A stretch of 64,000 nucleotides of DNA from an uncultured Candidatus Saccharibacteria bacterium. GTDB taxonomy: Bacteria; Patescibacteriota; Andersenbacteria; UBA10190. The stretch covers positions 409 to 64,408 of the forward strand of contig CAYHTZ010000004.1 in assembly GCA_964359735.1 (NCBI GenBank). The letters are read 5' to 3'. A model generated the notes under the pieces. It was given only the letters and a program-made list of their open reading frames with translations. It made no database searches and was not told the origin of the DNA. A program made the translations under genes and the position numbers. Below, in pieces: positions 40,405 to 49,632 of the stretch. Position 1 is the stretch's first letter; each line of letters opens with the position of its first letter.

Positions 40405-40776
40405 ATGAAATTGAAACTCCTTTTATTTCTAATACTAGTTTGTGGCGTATTAGTTGTGGTAGGCCTACATTTTCTATATTTCCTAACTGGTGTGGAGGAT
40501 GATGATTCCTCCTACCTGCCGGGCATGGTCATGGTCTTTTTTAAGCGCGATGTGAGCGAAGAAAGGATGCAGCAGGTTATCGACGAGGTGGTGGAAAAAG
40601 TTAGTGGACGAGCCACGTTGCGAATTTGGGGCTATGACGCAAATATAGGAGCACCCGCTCACTACTATGATATTCATGCGCAAGTTGGCAGGGAAGATGA
40701 AACTATCCGATTTTTGAACAAGTTTCCGGAAGTTGAGGATGCGCAGAGATACAGAAAACCGATCGACATAAGATAA
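40405..40776 (+). CDS. hypothetical membrane-anchored protein (peptidase propeptide-like)
   Basis: TM then YLPGMVMVFFK..VS...G.E...PEVEDA. Confidence 0.5.
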   Translation: MKLKLLLFLILVCGVLVVVGLHFLYFLTGVEDDDSSYLPGMVMVFFKRDVSEERMQQVIDEVVEKVSGRATLRIWGYDANIGAPAHYYDIHAQVGREDETIRFLNKFPEVEDAQRYRKPIDIR

Positions 40777-40890
40777 GAACTGGCCCGCAGTGTGTGGAAA
40801 GAAATAGGCCTCAATGATTTTGTCGATAACGTTCATGAAATATCGCCTCTTTTTATTGCGTGTATAATCATAATACTCTAGAGTACATTT

Positions 40891-41172
40891 ATGAATCCCG
40901 TTGTCCACTTTGAAATGCCGAGTGTGGATAAGAAGCAAATGCACAAGAAAAGGGGCGCTATCAACGGCGGGTTTTTTCAGAAAGGGAAAGAAGGAACTAT
41001 TCCTCACGTCGTGATTTCGGTGGGCAACTTGAACAAACACATGGCGACGGTTAAGAAGTCAGGCGGGAAGGTTTTGGGCAAGCCGATGGATATTCCCGGC
41101 ATTGGGATGTTTGTGATGTTCAAAGATACTGAGGGCAACCGCGTCGGTATGCTGCAGCCCACAAAGATGTAA
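40891..41172 (+). CDS. VOC/glyoxalase family protein, internally shortened (possible pseudogene)
   Basis: MNPVVHFEMP, GAINGG, PMDIPGIG, DTEGNRV; lacks the usual FY..FGW segment. Confidence 0.7.
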   Translation: MNPVVHFEMPSVDKKQMHKKRGAINGGFFQKGKEGTIPHVVISVGNLNKHMATVKKSGGKVLGKPMDIPGIGMFVMFKDTEGNRVGMLQPTKM

Positions 41173-41173
41173 T

Positions 41174-41569
41174 ATGGCAGCTCGACCCAAAGGCAAATAC
41201 GTTGATGGTTTTGTCTTGGTAGTACCTAAGAAGCGGGTGGCTGAGTACCGCAAAATGGCGCAAAAAGCAGCGAAAGTGTGGAAAAAGTATGGAGCGCTGG
41301 ATTATAAGGAGTGCATGGGCGGTGACCTCCGGCCGAAAGGTATGGGAGGACCGAAGCCTCTTTCATTTTTAAAGATGGCCAAAGCTAGGGCGAATGAAAC
41401 GGTCTGGTTTTCTTTCATTGTGTACAAGTCGAAGAAGCACCGCGACGAGGTGAATGCGAAAGTCATGAAGGACCCGGTTATGAACGACCCAAAATGGAAA
41501 AATATGCCCATGCCGTTCGACATGAAGCGCATGGCCTACGGAGGGTTCAAGACAATCGTTGAGGCATAA
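41174..41569 (+). CDS. DUF1428 family protein
   Basis: YVDGFV, GALDYKEC, HRDEVNAKVMKDP, MPFDMKRMAYGGF. Confidence 0.9.
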   Translation: MAARPKGKYVDGFVLVVPKKRVAEYRKMAQKAAKVWKKYGALDYKECMGGDLRPKGMGGPKPLSFLKMAKARANETVWFSFIVYKSKKHRDEVNAKVMKDPVMNDPKWKNMPMPFDMKRMAYGGFKTIVEA

Positions 41570-41620
41570 ATGGGTTGGGGGAGAGCACAAAGACTGTTGT
41601 CTATGTGCTAACCTGAGTTT

Positions 41621-42184
41621 GTGAGCAAAAGAGCGATCATAGTTCATTGTTGGAGTGGATATCCTGAGTATTGCTGGTATCCATACGTAAAAAGGGAACT
41701 TGAATCTAGGGATTTCCGGGTGGAAGTACCGGCTTTTCCGGAGACAGACGCACCAAAAGAAAATCTCTGGGTTCCTAAGCTTGCTGAAATTGTAGAGCAG
41801 CCGGATAAGGATCTATATCTCATTGGTCATAGCATTGGTTGTATTACGATTTTGAGATACTTAGAGACTTTGCAGCCCGGTGACAAAATTGGCGGCGCTG
41901 TGATGGTGGCAGGTTTTACGGATGATTTGGGATATGAAGAACTAGCCAACTTCTTTACTAAGCCTATTAACTTTGAAGGGATCAAAAACCATTGCCCGAA
42001 ATTTGTAGGTATATTTTCTGACAACGACCCGTATGTACCACTGAAATTTACTGATGTATATAAGGAAAAACTGGGAGCCGAAATCATTATCAAACACAAC
42101 ATGGGGCATTTTTCTGGGCCGGCCGATAAAGAAGAAAGTTGTGTTGAACTTCCAGATGTGGTGAATGCAGTAAGTTCTTTATGA
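41621..42184 (+). CDS. RBBP9/YdeN-type alpha/beta hydrolase
   Basis: IVH.WSG, GHSIG, SDNDPYV, GHF. Confidence 0.9.
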   Translation: MSKRAIIVHCWSGYPEYCWYPYVKRELESRDFRVEVPAFPETDAPKENLWVPKLAEIVEQPDKDLYLIGHSIGCITILRYLETLQPGDKIGGAVMVAGFTDDLGYEELANFFTKPINFEGIKNHCPKFVGIFSDNDPYVPLKFTDVYKEKLGAEIIIKHNMGHFSGPADKEESCVELPDVVNAVSSL

Positions 42185-42238
42185 CCCCGAAAATCTTTCT
42201 CAGCATTGCGGGAGCGATTCAAAACTAGCTAGATTCTT

Positions 42239-42532
42239 GTGTCTAGCTATTACATTTACATTTTGCGATGCCGCGACAGCTCGCTGTACACCGGCTGGAC
42301 GAACGACATAAACAAGCGAGTCGCACAACACAACGCAGGGAAGGGGGCCAAATATACTCGCTCGCGACTGCCGGTGACATTGGTTTACCGCGAAGAATTT
42401 TTGTCTCAAGAAAAGGCTATGCGGCGAGAACGCAAGATCAAAATGCTTTCACGCGAGGAAAAGCTTCACTTGGTGACAAAAGATACGAGCTCGTATATCA
42501 TAATGAAACGCGGTCGATTTAAGAAACGGTAG
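42239..42532 (+). CDS. GIY-YIG nuclease family protein (UPF0213)
   Basis: [29 protein letters not shown]. Confidence 0.93.
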   Translation: MSSYYIYILRCRDSSLYTGWTNDINKRVAQHNAGKGAKYTRSRLPVTLVYREEFLSQEKAMRRERKIKMLSREEKLHLVTKDTSSYIIMKRGRFKKR

Positions 42533-42573
42533 CTCGTTTCTAAACAATTTCATTGACATAACTCATTAGTATT

Positions 42574-42771
42574 ATGAATGGAACAATCAAAACACTGACG
42601 GATCGAGGGTTTGGGTTCATCTCCCGCGAAGGCGAAGAGAAGGATCTTTTCTTTCACTCCAAGGAATTGCAAGGTGTAACATTCGACGAACTCAAAGTCG
42701 GCGATGCGGTTACCTTTGAAATTACCGAAGGCCCCAAAGGCCCAGCCGCCACCAACGTGGCCCGCGCTTAG
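42574..42771 (+). CDS. cold-shock protein
   Basis: RGFGFI, DLFFHS, GPKGPAATNV. Confidence 0.95.
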   Translation: MNGTIKTLTDRGFGFISREGEEKDLFFHSKELQGVTFDELKVGDAVTFEITEGPKGPAATNVARA

Positions 42772-42776
42772 AGGAG

Positions 42777-43031
42777 CTAGGAAAGGTGCTGGGAGACCAG
42801 CTTGGTCATTTCGAACATGCTTACCGTCTCTTTGCCGCCGAAGACCTTCTTCAACTTCTCGTCGGCGTTGATGTTGCGCTTGTTTTGGGAATCCTGCAGG
42901 CCGTTTTTCTTGATGTATTCCCACAACTTCTTCACTACTTCTGAACGGGGCATGGGGCCCGGACCGACTACCGCCGCGAGATCAGCGCTGATCGTCATCG
43001 GCTTCATAAACGCTGCATTCGATTTTGCCAT
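42777..43031 (-). CDS. stand-alone SWIB/MDM2 domain protein
   Basis: LAAVVG..PRSEVVKKLWEYIKKNGLQD..NKRNINAD..MFEM. Confidence 0.93.
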   Translation of the reverse strand: MAKSNAAFMKPMTISADLAAVVGPGPMPRSEVVKKLWEYIKKNGLQDSQNKRNINADEKLKKVFGGKETVSMFEMTKLVSQHLS

Positions 43032-43151
43032 ACGTTAAAAATTATTGTTAAATCCCTCTCGCTGATATTCTACCACCTTCTCCCCTAAAATGCGCAATGG
43101 GGAAAACTCTGATCGGTCGCATGGGTGCCGTTGGCACTGAATTAGGCTATT

Positions 43152-44042
43152 ATGGATGGACTTATGCCATCCAGGCTTCAAAAGTTGCTATTGCAGAACC
43201 GGGGAGTAGTGGAGAAACTGGCTCCCGGCATGGCCACTAGTTACTTAGTGGCGAAGAATCCAATCACTCTGAGCGATCTCACGTATGAGACTACGTACGC
43301 GAACTCGTATGCGCTTATTTCCGAGAAAAAGTCCGAGTACTTTCGGAAAGTGATGGGACGCATGCAAGCCTACATTGGCGCAGGGCCCATTGGGCCGAAT
43401 AAGTATTGGGAATACCCATGGATCACCGCCAACCTCCGCTTGGAGAGAGGCATGTCGCTGCTGGATGCCGGCTGCGGCACGTCCGCGTTGCAGTATTTGC
43501 TTTCGCACGCCGGGGTGAGGGTGCACGGCATTGACCCGAACGAAGATGTGGGCTGGCATGGCATTGATAGGCAGCTGGCAAAACGGTTTGAGTGCGACAT
43601 TGAGTACCGTAAAGAGGGGATCGAAAATATTAGCTACGAAGACAATACGTTCGACCGCGTGGTGTGCGCTTCTGTGATAGAACATTGCCGCGCTACACAT
43701 GTAGAAAATGAAGCTATGACGCCGCAGACGGAGGTGGACCGGGCGCTGCAGCGGCGCATGATGGAAGAGATGGTGCGGGTATTGAAGCCCGGCGGGATAT
43801 TGGTCCTGACAACAGATCTTAACATCCCGCGCAACAGTTCTCTTTTGGAAGCAAACGTAAATGTCTACAACCTCATTTCCACCCCGGGGGTGGAAATGGT
43901 GGGTAATAAATGCCCGGAGCCGTTTTACGGCGAGGAAGGATTTTTGGTAGAAAAGGTCATCGCGAACGGCGACATTGATATTTCCAATTACCAAGACGCC
44001 TTGCAAACCTCGCTAGGGGTTACACTGCGAAAAGTTAGCTAA
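43152..44042 (+). CDS. class I SAM-dependent methyltransferase
   Basis: LLDAGCG, FDRVVCASVIEH, RVLKPGG. Confidence 0.88.
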   Translation: MDGLMPSRLQKLLLQNRGVVEKLAPGMATSYLVAKNPITLSDLTYETTYANSYALISEKKSEYFRKVMGRMQAYIGAGPIGPNKYWEYPWITANLRLERGMSLLDAGCGTSALQYLLSHAGVRVHGIDPNEDVGWHGIDRQLAKRFECDIEYRKEGIENISYEDNTFDRVVCASVIEHCRATHVENEAMTPQTEVDRALQRRMMEEMVRVLKPGGILVLTTDLNIPRNSSLLEANVNVYNLISTPGVEMVGNKCPEPFYGEEGFLVEKVIANGDIDISNYQDALQTSLGVTLRKVS

Positions 44043-45159
44043 ATAATTCTTGCGGATCGCGCCAAACAGAAAGCTCTTCTATTCTGGGAACATAGCCGCG
44101 TAGGTTGAAGGTAGCACTATTCATGACAGCAAAATGAAGATGTTTTCTCTCTTGGTCGGTTTCCGTGGTGCCACCCTCTCCTAGTATGCCAATCGTATCT
44201 CCGGCTGCGACTTTACTACCCACGCTTAGCAGGCTCGAGGGTTTTAAATGTCCATAAATAGCAGCAACTTTTTCTTTATCTACTTCGTGCTCAATGGCAA
44301 CGACTCCGCCGTACCCTTCTGCTCTGCGGGAGACGCGGACGATGCCGGGTGCGATGGCATGGACAGTGACATCTTCTGCGACGTCGCCATATTCCACGTC
44401 GATACCGGTGTGGTAGCCAGTGAACCGTTCAGGGGAAACGGGAGAGTTCTTGGGCGTAATGTAGATGCCAAATGGTTTTTTCGTGATGCGTTGTTTGAAC
44501 TGCGCGACTGGTTCTATGAGTGACGTATTTCCCTTACTTGTGATTTGAAGCGACTGGAGAAAGTTTTCATAAGTCTCTTCAGAAAGGTCCGGCCGCTTGG
44601 CAATGACGTAAAATATGGACGGATTGCGATCAGAAACACGGATATCGGTCACAATGTGCCGTTCGCTGCGCCAAGAAGGCTGGGAAGGAAAGTCAGCTAC
44701 GCTGGTCTTCTTTTCGATCTCGTAGCGAATGGCAGGGTGGTTGTTTATGGTTAGGGATTCGCGCGAGTGAATTGTCACGGTTGAGAGAGTCAGGAAATCA
44801 TTGGAAGAGAAGTGCCGAATGAATATTTGGGACTTCTCCAAATTGTTTGTACCCGAAACCGCAGGGTCATAGAACAAGATGGATTCAATGGCCGGCACAG
44901 ACTCTGTCTGCCAAGTTTCGGGAATCTCAGCAGAAAACGTGAACTCGCTGGCAGCGCCCTTGATATCCTGGGCCGCGATAGTTTTTGTTGTTTTGGTTGT
45001 CTTGGGCTCAGTAACTTTTGGAATAGGCGAAAAAGATTCTGTACGAGTTACTGGAGGAGAATTTGCATCCGGCGAGGAAGATTGCCGCCCAATAATTACT
45101 GTGCCCACAGCCAGCAGGGCGATAAGGGCGATGATAATGGCTATAAAGCGGGCTGACAT
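44035..45159 (-). CDS. membrane-anchored M23 family peptidase
   Basis: YHTGID, YGHL, HLHF; N-terminal TM. Confidence 0.88.
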   Translation of the reverse strand: MSARFIAIIIALIALLAVGTVIIGRQSSSPDANSPPVTRTESFSPIPKVTEPKTTKTTKTIAAQDIKGAASEFTFSAEIPETWQTESVPAIESILFYDPAVSGTNNLEKSQIFIRHFSSNDFLTLSTVTIHSRESLTINNHPAIRYEIEKKTSVADFPSQPSWRSERHIVTDIRVSDRNPSIFYVIAKRPDLSEETYENFLQSLQITSKGNTSLIEPVAQFKQRITKKPFGIYITPKNSPVSPERFTGYHTGIDVEYGDVAEDVTVHAIAPGIVRVSRRAEGYGGVVAIEHEVDKEKVAAIYGHLKPSSLLSVGSKVAAGDTIGILGEGGTTETDQERKHLHFAVMNSATFNLRGYVPRIEELSVWRDPQELFS

Positions 45160-46235
45160 CAGCCGAACGTGAAGGTAAAGGCTTTGAGGCCAGGGGATTC
45201 CACAATGAGTTCGAGCGTGTGTTCGCCGGCGGTGGGGTTTTGGACCAGGGTGTAAAGTCCGTCTTGTTGAACAGTAATTTCCTGATCGAGCAGCTTGCCA
45301 TCTTGTTTAATTGAAACAGTGACAGGCTTTTCACTTGAAGCAACCATGTATACCTCTTTGGCTTGGTAGCGAAAGATGATAGAGGCCGGACTTGATGTAT
45401 TTTCTGCGTATTCAGGTTGAATGTCCCATTGACCGACCAGAAAAAGCTGATTCAGCGGAGTTTTTTCTGGAGCTGTAAAGGTTTGAGTCCCGCGTGTGCC
45501 TGGGGTGCCATTGCTTAACAGCTCATTGCGCAATGAACCGAAGTACACTTCGGGGCTGCCGACATCAGCGCTGCGAGTGGTAGCACCACTTGGTTGCGCG
45601 AAGTCGCGGATGATCGACTCGCTGGTGCCTAGGTGCTGGGCACGTTCCTCCAAAAGCTCTTGAATCTTCTGTTCGGTTTCCTCATACGCGCCTTCGCCGA
45701 TGTGGTCGTAGACGATGTAGCCATCGATATCGACCAGGTATTTTCTGGGCCAATAGCGGTTGCCGTACGCCTTCCAGGTGGCGTAGTCATTGTCGAGCAC
45801 AACGGGATACTTGATGTTGTACTTGTCCACGGCGGTTTGAACATTTTCCGGCAGCTGCTCAAATTCGAACTCCGGCGTGTGGATGCCGATGATAGTTAAG
45901 CCTCGGTCGTGGTATTTTTCATGCCAGGCGTTGAGATAGGGCAGGGTGCGCTGGCAGTTGATGCAGCTGTACGTCCAGAAATCAACCATGATGACTTGTT
46001 TGCCGACCAGGTCTTGCAGCTTGAGGGGGTCGGTATTGATGAACCCGGAGGGGTTTACAATTTCCTTGGCTTTCTCAAATTTCTGATCTTTTTCATTCAT
46101 GGGCATGTCGCGGGGGGTGAGCTCAGTGACGCTCGTGGCCGCTTCTCGCCCGGGTTTGGATGATTCAAGGTAGTAAATACCGGCGCCGATCAAAAGGAGC
46201 ACTATAACGAGCGTGAGGATCTTCCGAGGTTTCAT
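45159..46235 (-). CDS. DipZ-like membrane-anchored thioredoxin
   Basis: DFWTYSCINCQRTLP, HTPEFEFE, AFTFTFG C-terminus. Confidence 0.9.
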   Translation of the reverse strand: MKPRKILTLVIVLLLIGAGIYYLESSKPGREAATSVTELTPRDMPMNEKDQKFEKAKEIVNPSGFINTDPLKLQDLVGKQVIMVDFWTYSCINCQRTLPYLNAWHEKYHDRGLTIIGIHTPEFEFEQLPENVQTAVDKYNIKYPVVLDNDYATWKAYGNRYWPRKYLVDIDGYIVYDHIGEGAYEETEQKIQELLEERAQHLGTSESIIRDFAQPSGATTRSADVGSPEVYFGSLRNELLSNGTPGTRGTQTFTAPEKTPLNQLFLVGQWDIQPEYAENTSSPASIIFRYQAKEVYMVASSEKPVTVSIKQDGKLLDQEITVQQDGLYTLVQNPTAGEHTLELIVESPGLKAFTFTFG

Positions 46236-46945
46236 TCCATTTGCAGCAAAACACGGTTGAGCAATTCGAAACTAGCAATGCGGTTCAGAGTTTGCGTGAA
46301 AATGAGGATACCAAGAATGATGAGCAGTACGCCGAAGAAACGGTTGATCCAGACAGCCCAATTGGCGTAGCGGCTAATGAGGCGGGAAGCTTCGGTGGTG
46401 AAGAGCCCCACCAGCAAGAACGGCAGGCCGAAGCCGGCTGAGTAGGAAAGAAGCAGCGTGAAAGCGATGCCGGGTTGGGTGGCAGCGAGCCCTAGGATGG
46501 CGCCCAGCACAGCGCCTACGCATGGAGTCCAGCCGGCAGCAAAGGCGGCGCCGAACACGAAGGAGGTGGCGTAACGGGACTTGAATTTAGATTTGACATT
46601 GAGCTTATGTTCGCGGTCCAAGAAAGGAATCTTAATCAGCCCGACGAGGTAGAGGCCGAACACAATAATGAGTACGCCGCCGATTCGGGAGAGCCAGATT
46701 TGCACGTCGTAGGCTATCGCTGAGAGCAAGGTGTTGAGCAGCACGCCTAAGGCAGCGAAGACTAGGCCGAAGCCGAGTACGAAGAAAATACTATTTAGGA
46801 AGATTTCTTTGCGCTTCGATTTTTCATCGCCGACCGAAGCGCCGGCTAAGTAGGCAAGGTACCCGGGAATGAGCGGCAGAACACAGGGCGAGAGAAAGGA
46901 GACAAGCCCTGCCAGGAAAGAGACAACGAGGGGAATGTTGGTCAT
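46232..46945 (-). CDS. ccdA: CcdA/DsbD-type transmembrane disulfide reductase
   Basis: SFLSPCVLPLIP and GWTPCVG. Confidence 0.92.
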   Translation of the reverse strand: MTNIPLVVSFLAGLVSFLSPCVLPLIPGYLAYLAGASVGDEKSKRKEIFLNSIFFVLGFGLVFAALGVLLNTLLSAIAYDVQIWLSRIGGVLIIVFGLYLVGLIKIPFLDREHKLNVKSKFKSRYATSFVFGAAFAAGWTPCVGAVLGAILGLAATQPGIAFTLLLSYSAGFGLPFLLVGLFTTEASRLISRYANWAVWINRFFGVLLIILGILIFTQTLNRIASFELLNRVLLQME

Positions 46946-46948
46946 TAC

Positions 46949-47554
46949 CTAGGTAGCGCCGTTTATTTCAGTGAGGTATCGCTGCTTATCCCAGGTTTCG
47001 GGGGACTTCAAGATCTGCTGGCCATTTCTGAGAAATACTTTGGTGTGCTGGTAGCCAATACCGTGTTCACGCGCTAAGGCAACTTCGTCTGGATCCGTAT
47101 CGCTGTCGTTATAATTCACCCGAAAGCCAATGGCTTGGTCGGTCGTTAATTCGTTGAAGGCAGATTGCATGACGGGGAACTCCACAGCGCAATTCGGACA
47201 CCAATTAGCATAGAAGTAAAGCACTACCAGTTTGTCGGAGGCTTTGGCCGCCTCAAAGTCGGCTTTGGTGAAATCAAGTAATGGAGATAATTTTCCCGCT
47301 AACATGACACCCGAATGCTGCATCATGCCCGTGACTTCATCTTTCATCATCGCCTCATCCTTCTTCACCATGGTGTCCTCTTCTGTCTTTACCATCATGT
47401 CGTTCTTGGCCATATTGGCGTCCTCCATGGCTTTCTGGGTAGCGGGAGCGCGGGTGGCGAAGTAGTAGGCCACACCAGCACCGATGACGACTGCCGCCAC
47501 GATGATAACAGTAGCGGCAGTGGCGAGGCCGCGCTCAAGGGAAGGGTTCTTCAT
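46949..47554 (-). CDS. membrane-anchored thioredoxin with Met-rich linker
   Basis: YFYANWCPNC; TM; Met/Lys/Asp/Glu-rich stretch. Confidence 0.85.
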   Translation of the reverse strand: MKNPSLERGLATAATVIIVAAVVIGAGVAYYFATRAPATQKAMEDANMAKNDMMVKTEEDTMVKKDEAMMKDEVTGMMQHSGVMLAGKLSPLLDFTKADFEAAKASDKLVVLYFYANWCPNCAVEFPVMQSAFNELTTDQAIGFRVNYNDSDTDPDEVALAREHGIGYQHTKVFLRNGQQILKSPETWDKQRYLTEINGAT

Positions 47555-47608
47555 AGGTTCTTGTAGTGAAGAGTAAAGATATCCTTAAGTATAAACTGTG
47601 GTAAAAGA

Positions 47609-47628
47609 ATGTAAAGTGAACTTTACAT
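47609..47628. promoter_or_regulatory. operator-like inverted repeat ATGTAAAG-N4-CTTTACAT, copy 1
   Basis: overlaps minus-strand TTTACA(-35)-16-TATACT(-10) upstream of the thioredoxin/ccdA operon. Confidence 0.75.
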
Positions 47629-47993
47629 TACAATTTTGTTCTGCCGTAGGCTCGCGCGGCCAGCTTGGCTATGACCATACCGCCCAAGGCCACGGGCAGC
47701 CAAGGATCTAAATTGTGTTGCAACCCCTGCACGGCAATGCCGAGGAGCAGAATACCGGCGCCAACCAAGAAGGCAACGCGGCCAGCGAGGAGGCGGTGAA
47801 GATTCTCGCGTTCGTCCTGGGGCTTTTCTTTCCAGATGAAACTCAGCCAAATCAGCACCAGCACGACAATACCGCACAAGAGTAGCATGGCGGCAGCGGA
47901 GGGCATGTAGAATCCAAATGGATTCAAATGGAATACCAGCAGCACGATGAGTACTACACCGACGATTAATTCTTTGAAGTCGTCATTTTTCAT
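47628..47993 (-). CDS. DUF2178-like membrane protein
   Basis: four TMs with DERE motif; coupled to the XRE gene. Confidence 0.65.
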   Translation of the reverse strand: MKNDDFKELIVGVVLIVLLVFHLNPFGFYMPSAAAMLLLCGIVVLVLIWLSFIWKEKPQDERENLHRLLAGRVAFLVGAGILLLGIAVQGLQHNLDPWLPVALGGMVIAKLAARAYGRTKL

Positions 47994-48198
47994 AGCTCAT
48001 TTTAAATATATCCTGAACTTCCCGGCGAAAAAACTTGGCGATTTTCATAGCAAGCAGCAGCGAGGGAATGTATTGGCCCTTTTCGATGGCAATGACGGTT
48101 TGCCGCGTTACGCCCACACTATCGGCCAAGGCCTGCTGGGTCAGGCCGGCCTTTTCGCGCAACAGAGAGACCGTATTGAGAATGGTTTCTTTTTTCAT
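47983..48198 (-). CDS. XRE-family HTH transcriptional regulator
   Basis: LTQQALADSVGVTRQTVIAIEKGQYIPSL. Confidence 0.95.
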   Translation of the reverse strand: MKKETILNTVSLLREKAGLTQQALADSVGVTRQTVIAIEKGQYIPSLLLAMKIAKFFRREVQDIFKMSYEK

Positions 48199-48234
48199 GA
48201 GGGCAATAGCTCAACCTACTGCACAGTAAGCAGA

Positions 48235-48254
48235 ATGTAAAGTATTCTTTACAT
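48235..48254. promoter_or_regulatory. operator-like inverted repeat ATGTAAAG-N4-CTTTACAT, copy 2
   Basis: arms identical to 47609-47628; upstream of the XRE gene. Confidence 0.78.
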
Positions 48255-48290
48255 AGGTTTGACAGGGTTGTGCTGTCATAGTACACAGAA

Positions 48291-48986
48291 ATGATGAATG
48301 AGCGGGGAGCAATTTTGCCGATAGTGATTGTCCTGGTAGTAGTGGTGGCGGCCATCGGTGGCGCGGCCTGGTATTACTCTCAGAATCGAGCGGTAGTGGC
48401 GCCGGAAACTACACCTACGCCAGTGGTAGGCACTGTCAGCCCGTCTCCTGTTTCTCCTACTCCGGTAGCTCAAGGGAATACGTTTAGTGGGAAGGTTGCC
48501 GACCTTTTGAAACAAGGCCAGAATCTTACCTGCACCTTTCAGCGGGCAGATGCCACAGGCACAATCAGCGGCACGGTGTACGTGGCCGGGGAAGGGCAGC
48601 GACTCAAGGGAGATTTCAACGTGCAGCAATCAGGCAGCACCGGTGTGACGGGACACGTGATGCGCGAAGCGCAAACGATGTATGTGTGGTCGGATCAGCT
48701 TCCCCAGGGAACGAAATTCACCATTGTGGAAGAGTCTCCTGCCCCCGTGGCCAGCGACACCTCGGAGCAGTTTGCGGAGCAAAGTTTCAATTACACGTGT
48801 CTACCATGGGTGGTAGACCAAAGTGTGTTCACGCTTCCTACGGATAAGCAATTTGTGGATGTATCGGCGCAGCTGCAGCCGCTCCAGGGCGCTGCTACGT
48901 CTACCCCCACTGCTCAGCAGTGTGCTTCCTGTAATCAGTTACAAGAACCCGGGAAATCCCAGTGTCTCCAAGCTCTGGGGTGCTAA
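48291..48986 (+). CDS. exported hypothetical protein
   Basis: prepilin-like N-terminus (NERGAILPIV), P/T linker, C-terminal Cys cluster. Confidence 0.7.
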   Translation: MMNERGAILPIVIVLVVVVAAIGGAAWYYSQNRAVVAPETTPTPVVGTVSPSPVSPTPVAQGNTFSGKVADLLKQGQNLTCTFQRADATGTISGTVYVAGEGQRLKGDFNVQQSGSTGVTGHVMREAQTMYVWSDQLPQGTKFTIVEESPAPVASDTSEQFAEQSFNYTCLPWVVDQSVFTLPTDKQFVDVSAQLQPLQGAATSTPTAQQCASCNQLQEPGKSQCLQALGC

Positions 48987-49017
48987 ATCCCTCATTTTGT
49001 GGTAGTATTCTAGGTAG

Positions 49018-49632
49018 ATGAATAATCCTCCTCTTCAACAGCAACCGCGTGTCCCTATTGTTCCGCCGCTAGCTGCAAGAGACCGGCGGTGGTACTGGAT
49101 GAGCATTGGGTTTGTGATCGGTCTGGTAGTAGGCCTTCTCATTGCTTGGCTGTTCTCGGCGTTTCGGGGGGAAGAGGCAGCCCCTGTAGCCACGGGTACC
49201 CCTTCGCCGACACCAACCTCTACTTCAACTCCTCGGCCTACGCCCTCGCCAACTCCGACAGCTACGGTTAACCCGGCTGATTGGACATTCGAAGTACTGA
49301 ACGGTTCGGGCGTGGCGGGAGCGGCGGCTAGAGCAGGGGATGTACTGCGCGAGCGGGGCTATACAGTATCACGGGTGGGAAATGCAGAAGAAACTAACTT
49401 TGAGAAAACTCAACTACTGGTTTCTTCGGAGCGATCTGCTGCCGCGCAGGCGCTGGTCGCAGACCTCAAAGAAGCTGGCTTTCCTGTGACCGAGTTTGAT
49501 GCCACCCTCGACAGCACCGCCGTTACGGCGCGGCTCACGGTTGGCAAGGATTGGACTCCACCGACAACATCGCCTACTACTTCTCCGACAACCTCACCGA
49601 AGGCTTCGCCTACGGCAACGCCGAAACCCTAG
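49018..49632 (+). CDS. LytR C-terminal domain protein
   Basis: EVLNGSGVAGAA, VGNA, VGKD; TM; P/T repeats. Confidence 0.85.
   Translation: MNNPPLQQQPRVPIVPPLAARDRRWYWMSIGFVIGLVVGLLIAWLFSAFRGEEAAPVATGTPSPTPTSTSTPRPTPSPTPTATVNPADWTFEVLNGSGVAGAAARAGDVLRERGYTVSRVGNAEETNFEKTQLLVSSERSAAAQALVADLKEAGFPVTEFDATLDSTAVTARLTVGKDWTPPTTSPTTSPTTSPKASPTATPKP

Noticed and set aside
42483-42496. 14-bp palindrome ATACGAGCTCGTAT at the GIY-YIG gene 3' end
   Set aside because: Single short copy with no relation to the other families; may be chance or part of the csp promoter.
42239-42532. GIY-YIG protein as mobiliser of the palindromic elements
   Set aside because: Looks like the widespread UPF0213 family and is not flanked by any of the element families; nothing in the sequence links them.
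49190-49630. Pro/Thr/Ser repeats in the LytR_C protein and the GGM tail of GroEL
   Set aside because: Ordinary low-complexity protein linkers, not DNA repeat elements.
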